Assembly: GCA_029258835.1 (NCBI GenBank) | Contig: JAPDJY010000075.1 | Coordinates: 1 to 36,964, forward strand | DNA: 36,964 nt | Source: Thermoproteota archaeon | GTDB taxonomy: Archaea > Asgardarchaeota > Jordiarchaeia > Jordiarchaeales > Freyrarchaeaceae | Direction: 5' to 3' | Part shown: positions 9,352-18,806 of the stretch, piece after piece | Layout: each line of letters opens with the position of its first letter | Numbering within the stretch: position 1 is the first letter of the stretch | Notes under the pieces: generated by a model | Seen by the model: the letters and a program-made list of their open reading frames with translations, nothing else | Databases searched by the model: none | Told to the model about the DNA's origin: nothing | Made by a program: the position numbers and the translations under genes

Positions 9352-10031
9352 GGTAGTGCAACCATGTAAAGTCCAGGGTTCTCCACGTCCTCCTCAACCA
9401 GCTTCAACGATCTTAAATGGTTAAGAAATTCTTTCACGTATTTCTCTCTCATGTCCAGCTCCTCAGAAAGGTCTTCTAGGCTGGCGCAGCCCTTATTAAC
9501 TAGGCTAAGGAGGATGGCCTTCTCAGGATAGCTGAGTTCAAGCAAGTCTATCAGCTCACTAATCCTAAAGCTAAGCTCCTGCTTAATGTTTAAGAGCTTC
9601 AACATCTTTTCATCCAGCTTTTTAATCTCACTGTTAACTTCTTTAAGCTGTTTAGCAAGTTCTTTTACTTCGGACGCTACGCCGCCAACTTCCCCCAGCA
9701 CAGCCCCCTTCCTCCTTTCGCTCTTCCGCACTTCCATGACCTTTAACTCGTAGAGGGAGGGACCAAGCGAGAAGTTCATCACAAAAAAGTTATTGACAGC
9801 ATAGTACGTCCTCTCGGGTCCAATGCTGGATTTCTCGCTGCCGACCTTCACAACAAGCCCTTTCTCCTCTAAAATTCTTAAGTGATCCATTATAACTTTC
9901 TGGCTGACGTTCAAAAGGCGTGCCAGCTGAAACGGATAGTGAGGCCCCATAGATAAGAGCTTTAACAAGAGGCGCCTTGTAGGATTACCAAGCACGTAAA
10001 AAAGCTCCTCAATATTTAATGGTTCACGCAA
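9348..10031 (-). CDS. ArsR-family heat-shock repressor (Phr/HSR1, COG1777-like)
   Basis: 'LGNPTRR.LL.LL..GP.Y..QLAR.L.VSQK....HLRILEEKGLV...GPERTYY', a coiled coil, and a second C-terminal winged helix. Co-oriented downstream of cdc48. Confidence 0.85.
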   Translation of the reverse strand: MREPLNIEELFYVLGNPTRRLLLKLLSMGPHYPFQLARLLNVSQKVIMDHLRILEEKGLVVKVGSEKSSIGPERTYYAVNNFFVMNFSLGPSLYELKVMEVRKSERRKGAVLGEVGGVASEVKELAKQLKEVNSEIKKLDEKMLKLLNIKQELSFRISELIDLLELSYPEKAILLSLVNKGCASLEDLSEELDMREKYVKEFLNHLRSLKLVEEDVENPGLYMVALP

Positions 10032-10076
10032 AGGAGAACACCTCCAAACTAAGAGAGAAAGAAGAGTGTAATCGGT

Positions 10077-12275
<2,199 letters not shown>

Positions 12276-12303
12276 TCACCCCCATAAGCATGACTAGTTA
12301 GTA

Positions 12304-12445
12304 GGGATAAATTAGAGGAAAAAGAGCGAGGATCATATTATATCCAAGGCACTCCCATCAACCAGGCCAGCCCCATCCTCACCACCCCCTCAGGGTTTTA
12401 GGTGAGGTGGACTACCTGGTTGATCACTTCCTCTAATTTATCCCC
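12304..12445 (-). promoter_or_regulatory. Highly structured 5' leader RNA of cdc48
   Basis: 17-bp perfect inverted repeat (12304-12320 with 12428-12444) enclosing ATCAACCAGG/CCTGGTTGAT, CCTCACC/GGTGAGG and GGGAGTG/CGCTCTT stems. G-U pairs work on the minus strand. Confidence 0.75.
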
Positions 12446-12485
12446 AGTATTTTACTTTAAGTAAAATACTTTATAAATTTTTCGC
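12446..12485 (-). promoter_or_regulatory. cdc48 operon promoter (BRE + TATA) with a palindromic heat-shock repressor operator
   Basis: Minus strand reads GCGAAAAA-TTTATAAA, followed by the perfect palindrome AGTATTTTAC-N5-GTAAAATACT (12446-12470) between the TATA box and the predicted TSS. Confidence 0.85.
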
Positions 12486-12502
12486 ATGACAAGGTGGGAT
12501 GT

Positions 12503-13249
12503 CTATAACTTGAATAGTTGCTTGGCGTTCTCAAAAAGGGAGTCTTCAACGGTGCTAACGCTTAAGTTCTTGATCTCCGCTATCTTTTCGATGACGAGCT
12601 TACAGTTGGCGGGCTCTCCTTCCACCCCTCTGTATTTTACAGGGCCATCCGACTCACTTAGGATGTGGTCGAGTTCAACTTGTTTAACGACCCGTCTAAC
12701 TTTTGCCGAGTAGCTTATTGCGGGGGTTATCGAGAAGAAGTAGCCTCTTCTGATACCCTCCTTGGCAAGGCTGGCTGGCCCAGTGTACCAGTGTATAATC
12801 ACTTGTAGTTCCCCGTACTCTCTTAGAATGTGGAAAACGTCTTTTTCAGCTCTGAGAGAGTGAACTATTACTGGTAGCTTAGCGTCAATGGCTACTTCAA
12901 GCATCACCCTAAAAACTTCTTCCTGTCTTCGCCAGGTATCTTTGCTTTTCGAGAAGTAGTGGTCGAGGCCTACTTCTCCTATTGCAACTGCCTTACCTAC
13001 GTTTTCCCTTAGGAATTCTATTGCTTTCTTTAATTCATTATGGGGTAGGGATTCGACTTCGGCTGGGTGAACTCCTAGGGCTGGTTTAACAATGTTTCTA
13101 AACGAGTTTGCGAGCTCTAGGTTTTTCGTCATCGAGTTGAACTCCATGGATACGCTTACTATTTTGGATACACCTACCTTCTTAGCTCTTGCCACGATTT
13201 CACCCGGGTTGCCGTAGAGGTCAAGGTGGCAGTGTACGTCTATGAGCAA
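12503..13249 (-). CDS. tatD: TatD-family metal-dependent hydrolase/DNase
   Basis: DVHCHL, ALGVHP, IGEVGLD, LPVIVHS, HWYTG, ESDGP. Confidence 0.95.
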   Translation of the reverse strand: MLIDVHCHLDLYGNPGEIVARAKKVGVSKIVSVSMEFNSMTKNLELANSFRNIVKPALGVHPAEVESLPHNELKKAIEFLRENVGKAVAIGEVGLDHYFSKSKDTWRRQEEVFRVMLEVAIDAKLPVIVHSLRAEKDVFHILREYGELQVIIHWYTGPASLAKEGIRRGYFFSITPAISYSAKVRRVVKQVELDHILSESDGPVKYRGVEGEPANCKLVIEKIAEIKNLSVSTVEDSLFENAKQLFKL

Positions 13250-13494
13250 TGGTTCAGCCTCCTGACGTATTTTCTAAGTGGAAATCAGGGTTTTCGCTTT
13301 CATTTTAAGTTGACTTTTCTGTTGGATGCTTATTGGGTTTAATGGTGCGTTGGCTGCTGATGGTTGCTTTCTCGTGGGTACCTATCATTTTCTAGGTTTG
13401 GTTGGTGGAGTCTGTTGCTGACTGTTGGAAAGGTTTAAGTTTGATGCACTATGGGTTACGTTAAGGTGGTTTTTAGCTCAGGGAGGGTTGATAT

Positions 13495-13815
13495 GTGACT
13501 GTGGTTATCTTCATAACTGCAAAGGAGGATGAAGCTGAGAAGATAGCCTTTGAGGTCGTTAGTAAACGTTTAGCTGCTTGCGTTAACATTGTTCCATCTG
13601 TTTCCTCTATTTACTGGTGGCAGGGTAAAGTTGAGAGGGATAAGGAGAGTTTGCTTGTGGTTAAGTCTGAGGAGGAGGTTCTTGACAGATTGATTAAAAC
13701 CGTTAAAAGGATTCACAGTTACTCGGTTCCAGAGATAATTGCGGTGAAGGTTGTAGGCGGCTTGGAGGATTATTTACAATGGGTTAAGGAGACTTGTGTT
13801 GGAAGCGGTGAATAG
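13495..13815 (+). CDS. cutA: CutA divalent-cation tolerance protein
   Basis: RLAACVNI, SIYWWQGKVE, HSYSVPEII. Confidence 0.96.
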   Translation: MTVVIFITAKEDEAEKIAFEVVSKRLAACVNIVPSVSSIYWWQGKVERDKESLLVVKSEEEVLDRLIKTVKRIHSYSVPEIIAVKVVGGLEDYLQWVKETCVGSGE

Positions 13816-14527
13816 GTTGGCTAGGAAGCCTGTTCGTTACGGGGACAGAGTTAAGGTTGTTTATTCCAAGGAAAGGTGGGAAACCCTAAAAGAGCTCAGG
13901 TTTGAGGCCCAGCGGGTCATGGAGGTGCTTGAAAGGTACGGTTTTTACTCCTTCGTTCATGGCAGCGTGGCCCGTGGTGATGTGACTAAGAGTAGCGACG
14001 TGGATGTAGTGATACCCTACGAGGTTGCATCGTTCAGGGTTGAGCTGGCGTTGAGGGAGCTATCTGAAACTTTTATGGAGAAGCTGATCGTTCAGGCGAC
14101 CCCTCAGCATGCGCCTAAAGCACACATACAGTTGAACGAGAAAGTGACTGTCACGTTTCCGCTCGCCAAACTCAGCCGTTTAGAGTATGAGTTTTACAGC
14201 TTCGGAGGATTGGTTGAGCTTAAGGACCTTAGGGCTGGGAAACGTGTCCTAGGAGTGGATAAGCGATTAATGCTTATTGAGCCGACGTTAGATGGACATT
14301 TTGAAAGCCCTGTTATTGGGAGGGAAAGCGTGGTTGCAAGGCTTTTAGGGGTGAACGTTGAAACCGTCCAGCAGAGGGTTAGAGTTCTAACGAGGAGAGA
14401 CGAGATAGGTAGAACCGGCGTGTACCTTAAGGAGCATCTTGCCATGGATGAAAGCTTCGAGGAGGCTTTGAAGAAGCTAGCCGACCATGACCCCGTTGTA
14501 AGGAACAGGGTGAGGTGGAGGGGATGA
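13796..14527 (+). CDS. Predicted Pol-beta-superfamily nucleotidyltransferase (COG2413-like)
   Basis: HGSVARGDV..SSDVD motif, QATP, 'EFYSFGG', 'GVDKRL', 'RRDEIGRTGV'. Confidence 0.88.
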   Translation: MLEAVNRLARKPVRYGDRVKVVYSKERWETLKELRFEAQRVMEVLERYGFYSFVHGSVARGDVTKSSDVDVVIPYEVASFRVELALRELSETFMEKLIVQATPQHAPKAHIQLNEKVTVTFPLAKLSRLEYEFYSFGGLVELKDLRAGKRVLGVDKRLMLIEPTLDGHFESPVIGRESVVARLLGVNVETVQQRVRVLTRRDEIGRTGVYLKEHLAMDESFEEALKKLADHDPVVRNRVRWRG

Positions 14528-15612
14528 GGTTGCGTGTTCTTCCCGACGGGGAATCATGGGTTCTAGGTAAGCTGCCAGAGGGATGCAGGAGGTGTGCACG
14601 TGGCGCGAAGCTAGTGTTGTTCATTACCGGACTATGCGATAACCCCCCTGAGTGCTCCTGGTATTGCCCGATATCGCTCTCTAGAAGGGGGAAAGATGAA
14701 ATGTATGCGAACGAGCGGCTTATTAAGGACGTCGCTGATGTTCTGGAGGAGGCTCGCCTCATAGACGCTGAGGGAACGGGGGTTACGGGAGGAGAACCGC
14801 TCATGGTTTTGAACCGTACGTTAGAGTTTATAAGGGTTTTAAAAGACAACTTCGGCTCAAGGCATCATATCCACTTATATACCTCGGGCAGGATGCTTTC
14901 GGAGAAGGCAATTAAGAGGCTTGTTGACGCAGGCCTCGACGAGTTAAGAATACACTTGCCAAGAGTTGAAGCGATTAGAAAAGCCCTTGAATACCCGATT
15001 AGTGTAGGGGTGGAGGTTCCTGTTCTTCCTGGTTCGGAGGGGAGGCTTAGGAGGATGGCTGTCATGCTGGATGAGCTTGGAGTCGAGTTTTTAAACCTTA
15101 ACGAGTTAGAGTTTTCGGAGGGGAACGCCGATAAGCTTAAGGAGAAGGGATTTTCTCTCAGAGAAGGGAGCTTTGTCGCTGCAGCGGGAAGTAGGGAAAC
15201 CGCTGAAAGGCTCCTAGATTGGGCTAGGGAAGAACTCTCAATGAGCATCCATTACTGCTCGGCTAGGTTCAAGGACAGCATCCAGCTCAGGAACAGGCTT
15301 GCTAGAAGGGCGCGTAACGTGGCTCGACCATACGAGGCAGTTACGGATGATGGTTTGCTCGTTAAGGGAGTAATCCACGGGGTTCCCGCTTCAAAGCTAG
15401 ACTCGCTGGCAGCATCCTTAAAAGAGAAGTTTAGGATACCAAGCCGCATGATCAGGGTTAACAGGGAAAAATGTAGAATTGAGACTTCGGTTAGGATGGC
15501 GTATAAGATAGCGAAGAGAATTCCTAAAGCTAAGAGAGAATTTAAGATAGGTGTGGTTGAGGAGTATCCTACGGAGGAGCCAAGGCTAGAAACGGAATAT
15601 ACACCACTATGA
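14524..15612 (+). CDS. Radical SAM protein (COG2108-like) with an atypical cysteine motif
   Basis: 'LPEGCRRC..GAKLVLFITGLC', cluster motif CDNPPECSWYC, TGGEP, HIHLYT, LDELRIH, LNLNELEFSE. ATG 14524 overlaps the upstream stop (ATGA). Confidence 0.9.
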   Translation: MRLRVLPDGESWVLGKLPEGCRRCARGAKLVLFITGLCDNPPECSWYCPISLSRRGKDEMYANERLIKDVADVLEEARLIDAEGTGVTGGEPLMVLNRTLEFIRVLKDNFGSRHHIHLYTSGRMLSEKAIKRLVDAGLDELRIHLPRVEAIRKALEYPISVGVEVPVLPGSEGRLRRMAVMLDELGVEFLNLNELEFSEGNADKLKEKGFSLREGSFVAAAGSRETAERLLDWAREELSMSIHYCSARFKDSIQLRNRLARRARNVARPYEAVTDDGLLVKGVIHGVPASKLDSLAASLKEKFRIPSRMIRVNREKCRIETSVRMAYKIAKRIPKAKREFKIGVVEEYPTEEPRLETEYTPL

Positions 15613-15646
15613 AGCCGCTAAAGGATCCTTCCCGGTTTCTTAGCGT

Positions 15647-16534
15647 TCATGAAGCACTCTGTACGGCCGTAAAAGCCTTTTTCTGCACCAGATCCTTTAA
15701 GGCGGCAGAGAGTATTTTGAGGAGGAGTTCCCTGTAGCCTGGGTCTATAGCTACCGTTCCATAGGCTTTAAGTCCGAATATTTCACCAACCTTTTCGGGA
15801 GGCATTGCGTTGGGTAGGTCCTGCTTGTTAGCGATCAAGATTACTTTTGCTGAGTCTAAGCTTTCAGTTACTAACTTGAATAGCTCCCGTGACTCGTACA
15901 CGCCCTTCGGTGTAGAGTCTGTCACGAACAGTATTACGTCAGTGTCTCTAGTTAGCCTCCCCCACATGGGCCTAAACCTTTCCTGCCCACCAATGTCCCA
16001 GAAGATTATCCTAGCGTTAACATCAGGTATATTATACTCTTTGATGTCCACTACCATGGTTGGCAAGTATTCTTCTCCAATGTTTTCTCCGAGTATCAGG
16101 TTTAGCAGGGATGTTTTCCCAACACCTTGCTTTCCAATTATCGCTACCTTAATTTGGGTTCTTAGGATATCATCCGCAATCCTTTCAAAATTTCTAAAGA
16201 CAGAAATGTCACCATTCCAGTTTTCCAGTTTCTTGGAGAACATGTCTATGAACGTATTCTTTATTTGCCTTAGCTTCTCCTTTAACATGTCGTCTTTCTC
16301 GTTCTTGTCAGCGCACAGTATAAAAAGTACGTCCTTGTAGGATGAGTAGACGAACTTGATGTTTCTCATCACAACCGACTCAATCTCCTCTTCCGAGTCG
16401 AAAGACTTTATAAAAGCGGCAAAGGCGGTTAGGAAGCCTGAAATGATACTCTCATCTATCCACCTATTTTTGTGGTACGATTTATGAAAGAGACAAAGAC
16501 CTGACGAAAGGAGTATGTACAAATCCCAGATCAA
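15647..16534 (-). CDS. N-terminal longin domain fused to an Arf-like/Ras-superfamily small GTPase
   Basis: Longin-like 'YIL..SGLCLF.K.Y......IISGFLTA...F' over about 125 aa, then G1 GKQGVGKT, G2 PT, G3 WDIGGQ, G4 NKQD and G5-like TVA. Confidence 0.88.
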   Translation of the reverse strand: MIWDLYILLSSGLCLFHKSYHKNRWIDESIISGFLTAFAAFIKSFDSEEEIESVVMRNIKFVYSSYKDVLFILCADKNEKDDMLKEKLRQIKNTFIDMFSKKLENWNGDISVFRNFERIADDILRTQIKVAIIGKQGVGKTSLLNLILGENIGEEYLPTMVVDIKEYNIPDVNARIIFWDIGGQERFRPMWGRLTRDTDVILFVTDSTPKGVYESRELFKLVTESLDSAKVILIANKQDLPNAMPPEKVGEIFGLKAYGTVAIDPGYRELLLKILSAALKDLVQKKAFTAVQSAS

Positions 16535-16900
16535 AGGGTTACCTCCATATTAACATGCCAGAGAACCTTTTCTGTAGAAAAACTTAGAATCTAAAGATCT
16601 TTTAAAAGTTTTTTCGGAAAAGAAGGTCAGCTACGATTAATTATGAAATAAACATAAGAATAGAATGCAGATTCCTCAAAAAAATAAAAAACACTGGTGA
16701 CTAAGGAAAGAAGATACTAAAAAATAACGTAGAGATATGTTTAGTTTTTCTTTTTGCCAGCCGACTCTAAAAATTTAGTCTTCGAAAAACTAGAGACGAT
16801 AGAGGTCGAAAAGGTAATGTAAGAGGAAGTTAAAGTAGTAGACAAACTTTTTAATAGAGTTTTGGAGCGTTATTAATTTGCGGGGTTGGTGGTGGCAGGA

Positions 16901-17215
16901 ATGGAGATTGTAGCAATAGGTGACCGGGACACGGTAATAGGGTTTAAGTTAGCGGGAGTTTCATCTGCGTTCGAGGTTGATGATCCTGAAAGTGCGAAAA
17001 GGATCTTGAAAGATGTTTTTCAAATGCAAAATGTGGGTGTCGTAATAATAACAGAGAAGCTGGCGGATCAGATAAGGGCGTTTATTGAGAGGTTAACCGA
17101 ATCTGCGGATTTACCCATCCTCATAGAAGTACCGGATAAAACAGGGCCTAAGGGTGGACCCGATCCGATTCAGGCATTAATAAAGAAAGCAGTAGGGATA
17201 GAGATCAAGATTTAA
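16901..17215 (+). CDS. atpF: A/V-type ATP synthase subunit F (stand-alone)
   Basis: 'IVAIGDRDTVIGFKLAGV', 'VGVVIITE', 'PILIEVPD..G', 'LIKKAVGIEI'. Confidence 0.93.
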   Translation: MEIVAIGDRDTVIGFKLAGVSSAFEVDDPESAKRILKDVFQMQNVGVVIITEKLADQIRAFIERLTESADLPILIEVPDKTGPKGGPDPIQALIKKAVGIEIKI

Positions 17216-17260
17216 CTTGTTTTACCCGAATTTCCTTTGTTGCTCTTCTACAAATGGAGG

Positions 17261-17746
17261 CTACAGATTTCGCAGTATGTCTTCGATTGTCATTGTTTTG
17301 CTGCAGTAGTTACATCTGAGTATGACTGGTTCGCGTTCCTCTACCGTGAAGCTTGGTTCAACTGGTTCGCTACTATTTGTTATGCAGTTTGGGTTGACGC
17401 ATTTCGGGAAGCCCTTTATTGTGTCGGGTAGTTTGACGCGTTCCTTTCTCGCAATTCTGTATTGCCGTACGATGTTTATTGTTGCGTTAGGCGCTATCAG
17501 CGCTATTTTATCTGCTTCTTTGGGGTCAAGTTCTCTTCCCTCAACTTTCACTATGTCTTTTTTTCCGAGTTTTTCGCTTGGAACGTGCATTACTATGCTG
17601 ACTACGTTCTCCTCTTCACCGCATATTCCAAGTATCTTCAACACTTTTAGCGCCATGCCATTGGAGATGTGATCTATTACCGTTCCATCTCGAATTTTGC
17701 GAACCCTAAGTTCCCTTTCAAGATTTTCAATGCTCAAGAATTTCAC
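17261..17746 (-). CDS. pyrI: Aspartate carbamoyltransferase regulatory chain
   Basis: GTVIDHI, KKDIVKVE, APNATINI, and zinc ligands CVNPNC...CNYC. Confidence 0.97.
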   Translation of the reverse strand: MKFLSIENLERELRVRKIRDGTVIDHISNGMALKVLKILGICGEEENVVSIVMHVPSEKLGKKDIVKVEGRELDPKEADKIALIAPNATINIVRQYRIARKERVKLPDTIKGFPKCVNPNCITNSSEPVEPSFTVEEREPVILRCNYCSKTMTIEDILRNL

Positions 17747-17867
17747 CCGAATTTTTTCTAATAGAAACGGGAGAATTTAAAGGAGAGAAATATGTAGGAA
17801 TGATCAAAGCTATTAGCTTTGGTGCGACATAAAAATATAGTGCTAGAATGGGGAAGAGTGTTGAAAT

Positions 17868-18806
17868 GTGGAGGATGCTGTGTTGCCTGGGGGGATTCTG
17901 GGGTTAAAGGATGTTGTCTCGATAAAGGACTTTTCTAGGCGGCACATTGAGTGGCTTCACGAGAGAGCGGAGGAGATGGAAGAGGTTTTCAGAACGGGCT
18001 CTGACATCCTTAAAGGCAAGATCCTCGCCACCCTTTTCATGGAGCCGAGTACGCGTACAAAGCTGTCCTTCGCAACAGCGATGTATAAGCTTGGAGGGAA
18101 CGTCATAGGGTTTGAGAGCGTTGAGACGTCTTCAATTGCTAAGGGAGAGAACCTTAATGATACGATTAAGACCGTTGAAAACTACTGTGACGCCGTAGTA
18201 CTACGTCACTGGCTTGAAGGAGCGGCGAAATTCGCGTCGGAGATAGCTAACGTGCCGGTTATAAATGCCGGCTCGGGAACGGAGGAACACCCAACCCAAG
18301 CCCTCTTAGACCTTTTCACGATAAAACGTGAAATAGGGAGGATAGATGGGTTAAAAGTGGCGTTAATGGGAGATCTTAAATATGGTAGAACCGTGAAGTC
18401 TTTAAGCTATGGATTAGCCAACTTTGACGTTGAAATCTACCTTGTTTCCCCCGAAAGCTTGAGGATGAGCGAGGAGGTCATAAGGTACTTAGAAAAGAGG
18501 GGTGTGACGGTCGAGGAGCACCGGAACTTGGAGAAGATAATAAAGAAAATAGATGTCCTCTATGTTACGAGGATTCAAAGGGAGAGGTTTCCGGATCCAA
18601 CCGAGTACGAACGGCTACGGGGAAGCTATAAGATAGATCTTAAGACGCTTGAGGAGGCAAAGCCAAACATGATTTTAATGCATCCGCTCCCTAGAGTCGA
18701 CGAAATAGCCCCAGAAGTAGACGCAACACCTTATGCAAAGTACTTTAAACAGCCATATTACGGTGTAATAGTAAGGATGGCGATCCTTAAAGCCCTTCTC
18801 AGCTAG
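17868..18806 (+). CDS. pyrB: Aspartate carbamoyltransferase catalytic chain
   Basis: EPSTRT, HPTQALLD, GDLKYGRTV, YVTRIQRER, HPLPR. The true start may be a few codons downstream. Confidence 0.98.
   Translation: MEDAVLPGGILGLKDVVSIKDFSRRHIEWLHERAEEMEEVFRTGSDILKGKILATLFMEPSTRTKLSFATAMYKLGGNVIGFESVETSSIAKGENLNDTIKTVENYCDAVVLRHWLEGAAKFASEIANVPVINAGSGTEEHPTQALLDLFTIKREIGRIDGLKVALMGDLKYGRTVKSLSYGLANFDVEIYLVSPESLRMSEEVIRYLEKRGVTVEEHRNLEKIIKKIDVLYVTRIQRERFPDPTEYERLRGSYKIDLKTLEEAKPNMILMHPLPRVDEIAPEVDATPYAKYFKQPYYGVIVRMAILKALLS

Noticed and set aside
16560-16800. Several short palindromes in the AT-rich spacer (TTTTC-TGTA-GAAAA, AAAGATCTTT, CTTTTAAAAG)
   Set aside because: Expected by chance at this AT content, with no repeated consensus.
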